DNA of 64,000 nucleotides. It comes from Geosiphon pyriformis uo1 (lineage: Eukaryota; Fungi; Glomeromycota). The stretch spans positions 352,389-416,388 of the forward strand of contig JAAOMT010000678.1 of the NCBI GenBank assembly GCA_016748015.1, in the 5' to 3' direction. The number at the start of each line of letters is the position of its first letter. The stretch's first letter is position 1. The notes beneath the pieces were generated by a model. The model was not told the origin of the DNA, did not search any database, and was given only the letters and a program-made list of their open reading frames with translations. This document shows, in pieces, positions 43,275 to 54,500 of this stretch. The translations under genes were made by a program, and so were the position numbers.

Positions 43275-43823
43275 TATTATCAGAGATTTTTGGTCTTTTT
43301 TTTTGAATGTTGTTGTTATTGCTTTGCTGTTAATTCCTAATTATTAGAAGTTATTAAATCTTTAATAACTAAATTTATCTTTAAATTATCTCCTATAATT
43401 TAAACTATTGGGTTTATAAATAGAATGGCCAATTCTGTATTAGTTATTTGTATAATTACTTTGTAATAAAAATCAATTTTTTTTCAGAAAATGCTTATTT
43501 AGAAACTTACTAAAAATATGTAATTATTTTGCTATAAAAATTAACTTTTTACAGAAATCTTGTTTGTAGACTATTTTGATATATATATTTTTTGAAAAAA
43601 AATAAAAATATAAAAAATATAAAATAAAAAAATTTTTTTAAGAAATTTTTTTCTGTTTAAACTTAAATTACTAACAAATTACTGAAATTGATAGTTAATT
43701 AATTTTAAAATGTTAGTTAAAATTTGAAATATTTCAAGTCAAATAATAATATATACTAATTAACAATAGAAATTATAAAAATATTTTTATATTAAATAAT
43801 ATCTCAAATTTTTATTAGTAATA
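43275..43823 (-). mobile_element. Decayed, internally deleted solo LTR of family B
   Basis: 43275-43739 matches 21322-21778; 43741-43823 matches 22211-22296. Confidence 0.85.
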
Positions 43824-45039
43824 AAATACAAATTATATACTATAATATATATAGAGTTATTAATAAATCTAGTTGAATTTTAAAAGTTATTTATAAATGT
43901 TTTGTTTTTATTATCTTTAATTTTACAAATTTTATCTTTTTATGTATTTAATAATACTTTATATATTGTTTTTTGTAAAAGTTTTGTTTTTAAAATTTGG
44001 TTTATTAAAATTATATTAGTTTTTAAAAATATTAAATTAGTCTGTTTATATATAATTAATTATATATAATAATTGATATCAAATTACAAAAAAAAATATG
44101 ATTATATAAAACTAAATATAGAATTACAATAAAAAAAATAATCTAATTAATTATAATAAAACTGTTTTATATAGTTTATATAGTTTATTAAATAAATTGT
44201 CTTTTAAAGTAATTTATATGTTTAATATTAAAAAAGATTTTTGTAATTGATTTTGGTTTATACAATAAGTATTAATTTTTTTTTAATTTAAATAATAGTA
44301 TTAGTATTTATATAAATGTATAGTATAATTTTAATTAGTTTAAATAATTGATTATATGTAATAAATATATAAATTATATTTAATTATAAATATTTAATTT
44401 GTTTATATATGCTAAACTATAATTAGACTGTATTTATTAAAAAAAAATTTAATTTAATTATAATACAATTATAAAAATTTTATAATTTATATTTTTTCTA
44501 TATGTAATTAATTATTTAAATTAATTAAAATTATATTATGTATTTACAGAATTAAAAACTTTTGTATATTTACAAAAACTATTATAAATTACTTAGTTTT
44601 AAAAATAAATTAAACTTGATTATTTTTTTAATTAAATCTATTACTATTATTGTTAATTTTTTATTTTTTTTATTTAAATAGTTTATTTTTATTAATAGTT
44701 TTCTTATTAATAAACATATTTAAATTCTTTTTTATTACTATATTTTTTATTAAATTCTGTTTAAAAAATTATTTATAACTTATATTAAAAATAAAACTAA
44801 AAAATTATTAATACAAATTTATTTAATTTTTTTATTAACTTACTAATTTGTTTTATAAAGTTAGCAAAATTGCATTTTAATTTCAGATTTTTTAAAACAA
44901 ACAAATAAGATTTAATGTTTATAAACAAACCAAAATTATATATAATACTAAAAATCATAAATTATTTACTATTTAAATTTATGAATTAATATATATTTTA
45001 TTAAATTATTTATTTTTAACTAATATTAATAATATTTAT

Positions 45040-45320
45040 TTAAAAAATTTAACAGCATTAAAACAATAACTTTTAATTATGACTATTAATAAAGTATTAA
45101 TTTTTTATTTTTTATATATTTTATTTTTTTGTTTTGTTTTGTTTTGTTTATATTAATTAATTAATACAAAAATAAATATAAAATTAATTTATTAATAAAT
45201 AAGATTGTTTATTAAAAGAGTAAAAAATGCCAAAATAAATTAATTATTATGCTAAAAAAATGAAACATTAAGTATTGCTGTTATTACAACTTAAATTTCT
45301 GTTTATTATACAAAAAACTT
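45040..45320 (+). repeat. Heavily decayed LTR-A-related remnant
   Basis: caataacttttaattatgactattaa and tctgtttattatacaaaaaact match two LTR-A landmarks in the correct order. Confidence 0.55.
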
Positions 45321-46059
45321 GAATATTAAATCTTTAAATATATTAAAACTTTTAAATTTAATCAACAAATTATAATACCAATTTATAAACTAATTATTTA
45401 TACAACTATCTATAATAATATTATTCTTAGTTTCTAAAAAGTTTTTTTAAATATAAGATTTTTATTTTTTTAAAAAATTTAATTATTTTTATTAAGTAAT
45501 TTATTTATTGAATTTTTTTATAAAAAACAAAAGTATTAAAGTTTTGTTAGTGATATTATTTATTTTGTTTCTTAATAATAAAATATAAATTGGGTTTAAC
45601 TGTAATTAAATTAATTTATATTATTTAATTATAATTAATAAAGTCTAATATTGTTTTTTTGTTTTTGCAGTAAGTTATAATTTATTATAAAATTAAAATT
45701 TTTAGATTATATATTTTTTTTTATTAAACTATTATAAGATTAAATTATTATAATAATTAAATTATTAATGTTTTGTTTATACTATTTTTGGTTATTTTTA
45801 GATAAATTATAAATTTTTAATAGAATAAAAAATAAATAAATAAATAAAATTAATATTTTATTAATTATTATAATTAAAAATAATTAAATTAATTTATAAA
45901 AATTTTAATAACATATATAAATTATATTTGGCTTTGAATATAAAAAAACAAGTAAATTTTAATAACAAAATTTAAGACTTAAAATATGAATTTTAATTTA
46001 ATTATAAACAATAATATTTTTTAAATAATAGCAATAATATTGTATTTGTTAAAATTTTT

Positions 46060-46342
46060 TTATTTATTAAATATTTAATAAGCACAGTCTAATTACTACC
46101 TAAAGATATAAAATCAGACAAAATTCTAAGTTAAGTATGATTTATACACTTTCTATATGTAACCAGTCACTCAAGCTAATTAAAACAGTACTATACATCT
46201 AAATTACTTATCAAAAAAATATTATGCAAAAAACTAAAATCTAATCTGAACAAATAACAATATAAACCAAAGCAAACATGAATATCTAATCTAATACTAA
46301 AACTATAACATAAATTAAAAGACCACATAGATAACAGACTGA
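46060..46342 (-). mobile_element. 3' end of a third LINE (ORF2 C-terminus and tail), interrupted by A4
   Basis: The tail is homologous to 42549-42646. Upstream on the minus strand is a coding-like end, FSIRLDIHVCFGLYCYLFRLDFSFL. Confidence 0.7.
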
Positions 46343-49300
46343 TATTATAGATAATTATTTGGGATCTCAAGCAAATAACAAACTCATAATTTGGTGCTTA
46401 ATAGCTAATATGATGGTATAATCTTTAAAGATTTTCATGATCTAAAGGTTTTATTAATCTGAAAGTTTTGGGTTGGAGTTTTTTGTATAATAGACAGAAA
46501 TTCAATAATTGTTTTATTAGTAGCCTTCTGGAATTGTAATTCTATCAAATTTTTTTCTTCAGTGTAGTGGCTGGTTTATTCTAGCAGTCATGTCCTTTTG
46601 ATAAGCTATCTTCAATTTCCGAGTTCTCTATCCTTATTTTTGGGTCTTTTACCAGACTATTCTTAATGTTAATAACTTAATGCTTAATTCTTAATTAATT
46701 AGTAAACAACAAAAAACAACAAAAAAAAATAAAAAAAATAAAAGAAAATATAGAAACTGAAACCAAGGCAATTAAGTTAATATTCTATTAATAGCCATAA
46801 TTAAGAGCTATTGTTCTAGTGTGATTAAGTATAAGTTACTATTAACATAAAGTGTTGATAATAAACAATTGAATTAATATAATTAATAAATATATTTATT
46901 AATAGTGTGAATGTATGAATACTAATTAGAAAATAGAACTCAGATGTTTTCTTCTTTTTGCTTCTAATGCTATTATTATATATACATAATTGAGATTCTT
47001 TAATTCCTTAATTTTTCACACCAGAAATCCTGAAATTCCTGAAATCCTGCAATTTTTTATATAAGAATTCTGTAATTCTGGAATCCTGCAATTTCTTTAA
47101 GAAGAATTCTAAAATTCTCTATTTACTATGTTTACTTCTAATTGGCTAATTTATATGTTAATATAATTCCTATATTTTATGAGTAATATTATTCTCTCCT
47201 TTTAATATTGAGCTCTATTGAGATCTCCTAATTTCTCTAATTCTTCAAATTGACTTATATCTTGAACTTTTTTTTCGAAAATTACTTGTGTTATTTTAAT
47301 CTGTAATTTCTCAAATTGGGTATTGGTTATCTTATCTATTTGATTAGTAATAACTGTATCTATTTTTGAATTGAGTAGTATTTCTAGTCAGTCTTGGAAT
47401 TCAGCTTGTAATCAATATATTGCTTGTACTTGTGTGGTTAGATTGTTTTTTCCCACAAATTGTTTAAGTTGTTGTAGTATTTTTGTATCAAATAATCACT
47501 TTGTTTTGTCCATATATAAGTTTTGAATGTTCAAGTATTATTCCAAGTAAAAATAACAAAAGTTTCTTAGAAATTGTTGTGTTCACTAGTTCCAAGTTTC
47601 TTTGGTCAATCTTTGGTATGGTGTAGTTTTTGTTTGTATTTTTATTGCTATTTTTACTTTTAGAATTATTTTGTCAATGATGTTTTCTGGTTTTTTCTGT
47701 ATTTCATATTGGGATTTCTTCTTTGTATCTTTATATCAAATGATTTGCTGATTAATTGTAATTTTCATATTTTGTTGTTAAATTAGTTGGAAAAGTTGTT
47801 GTGCTAATGTGTAGATATCATCAGTAATTTCCATTTTTTTCTGGTATCTTTTGTCATATGTTGATTCTTTATATAGAGTTTTGATGTCTTAATTTAACAT
47901 GTTTGTATTGATAATTATTATTGGTTCTAGATCTTGTGGAATTTTATTTGGTTTGACTAGTATTTTCTGTACTCCCGATTGTAGAATATTAGTAATAGAT
48001 AATAATGTTATACTGGTTTTAGTTAATCTCCATGTGCTATTTTGGCTAAAATTTTGTTGTTTTATCTTAATTTATAAGCTCTATTTTCAAGAATTTCTTC
48101 TATGTAAAATGATCTGTCCCATTTGGGATTAAATTTTCTACTCCATTGTTTTTTTACTTTGGTATAATGTAAAAGTACTTTGTTTTCAATCTTGAATTCA
48201 ACTGGTTTATCTGGTAGTTGGTTATTATATCTTTTTTTTTGTTTTTCTTGTGACTTCTGAATATTATTAACTGTTTTTCACCATTTGTTTTTTAGTGTTT
48301 TTATCAAGTCATATGTTCTTCTCAACAATGTTTCTTGAAAATTCTCTTCTGTTATTGGTTTTGCTAGATATGTTTTGACTTTTATTTCGACTAATATTGT
48401 TATTGTTCTATTATATACTAATTCAAATAGTGTAGTTTGTGTAGTGTCTTGCTTTATTGTCTGATAAGCAAATAATACTGATAGTATAAACAAATTCTAT
48501 TTATTTTGGTTTTTTTGGCTGATCTTGACTATTGCTTCATACAATATTCTATTAAATTTTTCAATTAAGTTATTGGTTTGTAGATAATATGGTAATGACA
48601 ATAGTCTTTTGATTTCAAATTTTTGACTTAATTCTACTAATATTCTGTTTACAAAGTGAATTTTTTGGTTAGATAATAATTCTTTTGGACATCCATGTTA
48701 ACAAATTAAATTTTGATGAATGAATTTGGCAATGGATTTTGTATTTGTTTTTTGAATTGCTTTTGCTTCTGACCATTTAGTAAGATAATTCATAACTATT
48801 GTGATATATTTATTTCTTCTACTGGTTATTGTTAATAGTCTGACTAAGTCAATTCTGATTCAATTGAATGGTTGTCTCACTTTGATTGGTCTTAATAGTT
48901 TGCTAGATCTTGTTTCTCCTTTTTTCTGATATGCATTACAATTTTGAACATATTAGATAATATTTAGATACATTAATAGCCAATAATATTTCTTTCTGGT
49001 TCTTTCCATAGTTGCTTCTTTATGAAAATGTCTTGCTATCAGATCTGAGTACATATTGTATAGTATTGTTTCTTTTTTTGCTTCTGTGATTACTTTGAGT
49101 GGTTAATCTGAATCTTTTTTGTTTTTCTGATATAATATATTTTAATAAATAATAAAATATTTTAATTGTTGTTTAATAGTGTTTTATTTCTTTGAAGATA
49201 ATTTTTTTTAAACTACTGGGTATTAATATAGTGTTGAAGTTGTTGATATTTTTGTGTATTCATCTTTTTGTTATATTTTTGGGTTAAAATGTTCTTAGAT

Positions 49301-51518
49301 TTGTCTTATTCATAACAAACTATTAGTATTTTCATTTTTTTTTCCTTTTTTATAATGTATTATATATTTGAATGGTGCAAGTTCTATTTTCTATCTTGTA
49401 TAATAATCATCTCTAAATTTTTGCTTCTAAATTAATGTTAATCCTTTGTGATTAATGTATATGTCAAATTTTTGGCTTAAGTATTCTTTCTATTTCATGA
49501 CTGCTCAATAGATAGCTAAGTGTTCTAGTGCTAGTATTCCATAATTTTTTTCTGCTGGACTCAAACTTTGGCTGGTGTATGCCACTGAATGTTCTCTTTC
49601 ATCTGGTTTTTTCTGTAATAATACTGTTCTCAATGCTTGACCAGATGTATCAGTAATAATGATGAATGACTTGCTGTAATCTGAATAGATTAATATTGGT
49701 GCTTAGATAAGCTTTTTTCTTAAAGTATTGAAAACTTTTTGTTGCTTTTCAGTCTATTTGTATTTCACATTTTTGGCTTGAAGCTGGTGGAGTGATTGAG
49801 CTATTTTTGAGAAGTTCTGTATGAAGTGGTGATAGTATCTAACAAATTCTAAGAATACCTGTAGTTTTGTCAAGTTTGTTGATACTGAAAAGTTTTTTAC
49901 TATCTTAATTTTATTCAGATCTGTTTTGATATCATCTTTGCTTATGATATGTTCCAAAAATTTCAATTCTGTTTTTTTAAAAAAGCATTTAGTGGCATTT
50001 AACTTTAGCTCTGTCTTTTTTAGTTTTTCAAACACCTATTGTAAATAATAAAGATAATTATCAAAAGTTTTTGAAAACACATTGGTATTATCCAAATATA
50101 TGATTACTAATTTCCATAGTAATTTAGTATAGACAATTTCTATTAGATGTTGAAAGATTGCCAATGCATTAGTTAAACCAAATGGCATTATTTCAAACTT
50201 GAAATTTCTTTCTTTGGTTGTGAATGCAGTCTTTTTCTTATTAGTTAGATTTATGGCTATTTGCCAGTAATCATTATTTAGATTCAATATTGAGAACCAT
50301 TTTTTTCCTTCAAAAGCATCAAATAATTCTTAAATATGTGGAGTGGGGTAGTTGTCTCCACAAGTTACATTATTGAGTTTTTTATAATTCACACAAAAAC
50401 GGATTTTTCCATTTTTCTTATAGACTAGTACTACTGGTAATGACCATAAACTCATTAATAGTTAAATTAACTCATTGTCTAATATTTAATTAATTTCTTG
50501 TCAAATAATTTTATGACTGACTGGTAGCACTCAATATGCTTTCTGTTTAATTGGCATTATATCTTTAGTTTTAATCTAATGCTGGATGATATCAGTTTGG
50601 CCAAATTTGTTTTCACTGGCAAAAATGTCAGTAAAATTATTAAGTAACATTTTGAGTTGTATTTGTTAAAGTGAGTCCAAGTTTTCTAAGTTCATTTGTT
50701 TTAATTGTTCTAATTGTTTTGGTTGGAGCAAATAACATTCTTTTTGTTTGTAGATTGTTTGTAATATGATATTAACATATCTACATAGTTGTAGAAAATT
50801 TGGAATGAAGTTTGGTAGTTGCTCCTCAACTTCAGTAGTTAAGTATCTGATGATGGTTCTTTTTGTTATTTCTATGGAGTTTTCAGTTGTATTGTAGATA
50901 GAAATTTTAATATGGTTGTTGTTCTTGGCTAGTATGTAAAGATTGGTAAGCCCAATTTTCCCTAATTTGCAAATAGTTGGCTTGGTTTCAAAAATCTGTG
51001 ATTGATCTCTTACTTTTCTTTCTACTATTAACATATATCTATTATATAATGGAATAGAAACTAATTGATAAGTGAAGATAATTTCTCTCTTGTTAATAAT
51101 TTTTTTTTCAGTCATATTAACTAGTATATATATTCTATCCATAAATTTAAATTTACTAATCTCCTTAGCTGTAATCTCTAATTTTTTTTATTTCTCACTA
51201 ATACTAACTAAGCTACTTTAACCAGAGCCAAAAATATTGTCTATGCTATCTTTTTATTTGATTCTATGATATAAGCCTTTTCTGAATCATTTTGTAGTAT
51301 TGCAATGATATTTCTTACATATTTTATGTCAATTATTCCTCCTCTAATATTAATTCCTTTTTTTACTAAACTACTTTTAGATGCTAATTGAACTATTGTT
51401 GTTGCTGGAATTTTTAATACTACTTTTAGATTAATACAGGTGTATAAATGTGGTTCTAATTTAATAGTGTCTTTTCCTGAATATTTCAGATTAAATTCTG
51501 TATTGATATTATATACAC
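46343..51518 (-). mobile_element. Family A copy A4: 3' LTR, ORF3, IN, RH, RT, dUTPase; continues at 61600-61944
   Basis: LTR 46343-47188, PPT, ORF3 47202-47834, IN ATG at 49263, RT 49754-50287. Split by A5 at the start of the dUTPase. Confidence 0.92.
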
Positions 51519-52366
51519 TGTTATAGTGATTATTTGGGGTCTCAAGTTAAATAACAAATCCATAACTTGGTGCTCAAAAGCTATTTGTGTTGATAATAAA
51601 CTGAAGGTTTTGGGATCTGAAGGTTTTCCAATGAGTCCTTTGTATAATGGACAGAGATTCAATAGTTGTTTTATTCATAGCTTCCCAGACTCGCAAGTCT
51701 GTCAATTTTTTTCTCAGCTTGGTGGCTGGCAATCCTCTGGTAAGTAATCCATATCTTCTATACATGTCCTACTCATTCACAGAGGTCTTTTACCAGACAA
51801 TCCTTGACGTCAGTAATCAGCACTTTTAATCAATTGGTTAGTGCACAATAACAAAATCACAGAAAATAAAGAAAATAACAAAAAATAAAGAAATGTAAAG
51901 AAATAAGCCAAGATGTTTGGTAGATTAGTATTCTGTCAATAGCCATGATTAAGAGCTATTGTTTTAGTGTGGTTAAGTATTAATTATTATCAACATGAAA
52001 TATTAATAGTGATGAGTGGATTGAGATATAAAATAATTATTTATTTGATGATTTTGTTTCTAGATTAAGGATTCTGTAGTATTAATTCTGTCTTTTTTGT
52101 TTCTAATACTACTGCTATATATACATATTTAAGATTCTTCAATTCCTCGATTCTTTACGACAAGAATCCTAGAATTCCTGGAATCCTGTGATTCCTTTGA
52201 GAGGAATTCTGAAATTCTGGAATCCTGTGATTCCTTGTTAGGGAATTCTGAAATTCCTGGAATCCTGGAATTCTTGAGAGGAATCCTGGAATTTCACATT
52301 TACTACACCTACTTTTGATTGGCTAATAATTATATTAATATATTTCCTATATTTCTATAAGTAACA
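51519..52366 (-). repeat. 3' LTR of A5 (848 bp)
   Basis: Direct repeat of 60768-61599, preceded on the minus strand by the PPT AAAAGAAGAGAA. Confidence 0.95.
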
Positions 52367-52379
52367 TTATTCTCTTCTT

Positions 52380-53002
52380 TTAATATTGAGCTCCATCGAA
52401 ATCCAACTCATTTAATTCCTCTTCTTGAAGTATTTCCTGGACTTTGTTTTCGAGAATTATTTGTATTATTTGGGTCTGTAATTCTTTAAATTGAGCATTG
52501 GTGATCTTTCCCAATTGATTACTGATAACCATATCCATTGCTTTGTTAAGTAATATTTCTGGTCTATTCTGAAATGCTGTGTGTATTTGGTATATGGCTC
52601 GGGCCTGTGTGGATAAGTTGTTTTTTCTCACAAAATGTTCTAATTGTTGTAGTATTCTTTTGTCGAATAATCACTTTGTTTTATCCGTATATAGATTCTG
52701 GATATTTAGGTATTGTCCCAAGTAAAAATAACAATAGTTTTGTAGAAATTGTTGTATCCACTAATTCCAAGTTTCTTTAGTCAACTCTTGATATAGTGAC
52801 TCTTTTGTCGATTCTCTTATTGTTAATTTTACTTTCATAATGATTTTGTCTACTGTATTTTCAGTTTTCTTCTGTGTTCTGGGTTGTAATGTCTTTCTAG
52901 TATTTTGATATCGAATGGTTTGTTGATTGATTGTAATCTTCATTTCCTGATTAATTGAAAGAGTTGTCATGCTAGTGAGTAAATGTTGTCTGTAATTTCC
53001 AT
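52380..53002 (-). pseudogene. ORF3 of A5 (7-nt deletion near the 5' end)
   Basis: Fragments 52761-52970 and 52380-52631; ATG at 53002; stop at the PPT. Confidence 0.85.
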
Positions 53003-53056
53003 TTTTTTGATATTTTCTGTCGTGTCTACTGTGTCTTTATATATTCTTTTTATGAA

Positions 53057-54439
53057 TCAATTTAACATGTTGTTGTCGATAATCATGATTGGTTCCAGAT
53101 CTCGTGGAATCTCATCTGGTTGGACTAGTATTCTCTGTACTCCTAATTGTAGAATATTACTGGTGGATGATAATATTATACTGTAGTATGATTTTAGTCA
53201 ATCTCTATGTGCTACTTTGGTTAAAATTTTGTTATTCAGTTTTAATTTGTAAGCTCCATTCCCTAGAATTTCTTCTATGTGAAATGGTCCATCCCATTTG
53301 GAGTCAAATTTTCCACTTCATTGTTTTTCCGCTTTGGTATGATGTAAGAGTACTTTGTCTCCAATCTGGAATTCAACTGGTTTGTCTAATAGTTGATTAT
53401 TATGCCTTTTTTTCTGTTTTTCTTGTAACTTTTGAATATTATCAGCTGCTTTTCTTTGTTTGTTTTCCAATGTTTCTATTAAGTCATATGTTCTTCTCAG
53501 CAATGTTTTTTGAAAATTTTCTTCTGTTATTGGTTCAGCTGGATATGTATTAATTTCTTTTTTTACTGGTAATGTTGCTGTTCTACTATATACTAATTCG
53601 AATGGTGTTGCTTGTGTAGTATCTTGCTTCATTGTCCGATAAGCAAATAATACTGATGGTATGAACAAATCTCATTCATCCTGGTTTTCTTGACTGAGTT
53701 TGGCAATTGCTTCACACAATGTTCTGTTGAATCTTTTGACTAATCCGTTGGTTTGTGGATGATATGGTGATGATAGTGGTCTCTTAATTCCGAATCTTTG
53801 GCTCAATTCTGTTAATGTTCTGTTCACAAAATGAGTTCCTTGGTCTGATAATAATTCCTTTAGACATCCATGTCGACAAATTAAATCTTGATAAACAAAT
53901 TTGGTAATGGATTCTGCATCCGCTTTTTGAATTGCTTTCGCCTTTGGCCATTTAGTAAGATAGTCTATGGCTACTGCTATATATCTGTTTCCTCTGCTGG
54001 TGATTGTTAATGGTCTGACTAGATCAATTCCAATCCAGTTAAATAATTGTCCCACTTTGATTGGTTTTAATGGTTCACTGGGTCTTGTTCCTCCTCTTTA
54101 CTAACAAGCATCACAATTTTGAACATATTAAATGATGTCTGGGTACATTGATGGCCAATAGTATCTCTTTTTGGTTCTTTCCATGGTTGCTTCTTTGTGA
54201 AAATGTCTTGCTGTTGGATTTGAGTGCATATTGAATAATTTTGTCTCTTTTTCTGGCTCTGTAATTACTCTGATTGGCTGATCTGGATTCCTTCTATTTT
54301 TTCGATAAAGTATATTTTGATGAGTGATAAAATATTTTGATTGTTGTTTGATACTCTTTTATTCTGTTTGAGATAAATTCTCCTTGAACTGTTGAGTGTT
54401 TATATAATGTTACAGTTGTTGATATTTTTGTATGTTCAT
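53057..54439 (-). pseudogene. Stand-alone integrase ORF of A5 (461 codons; HHCC, DDE and GPF; no chromodomain)
   Basis: Starts MNIQKY. Motifs H..H..YYWP..CDAC, IGIDL, LLSDQGTHF, NGLVKRFNRTL and KWDGPFHI. 1383 nt in a single frame. Confidence 0.92.
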
Positions 54440-54500
54440 CTTTTATTATATTTTCGTTGATATTATTCTGGTTTTGTTATATTTTTGGGTTGAAATGTTC

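Larger units (their letters stand above)
38215..44447 (+). mobile_element. Extremely decayed LINE (3' part of ORF1; ORF2 with APE, RT and RNase H; 3' tail and poly-A)
   Basis: Restoring G/C recovers IKMQLVGLWQKA (~38400), KIATCNVRG..KQDD (~39430), VDDTIWVG (~41440), VSDKQF (~41742), FTDGSL (~42652), WSKVKGH (~42970) and CKGFVF (~43975). ORF2 stops at ~44323; tail 44338-44447. Confidence 0.75.

Noticed and set aside
38215-46060. Organelle insertion or satellite DNA as the source of the AT-rich block
   Set aside because: Most of it decodes as colinear LINE and LTR relics. The part at 44450-46060 remains largely unassigned.
52380-53002. ORF3 as an envelope gene
   Set aside because: It is short and shows no signal peptide, furin site or transmembrane helix.
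53057-53200. Chromodomain at the integrase C-terminus
   Set aside because: Only a short tail follows the GPF region, with no YLVKW-like or aromatic-cage motif.
53089-53553. Hydrophobic antisense ORFs (also 47899-48132, 34563-34778, 2794-3129, 10208-10549) as membrane or env proteins
   Set aside because: They are shadows of the A/C-rich sense strand; starts and stops are not conserved between copies.
54478-54492. -1 frameshift heptamer C CCA AAA linking RH to IN
   Set aside because: It lies downstream of the conserved stop, the IN phase varies among copies, and family B lacks it.
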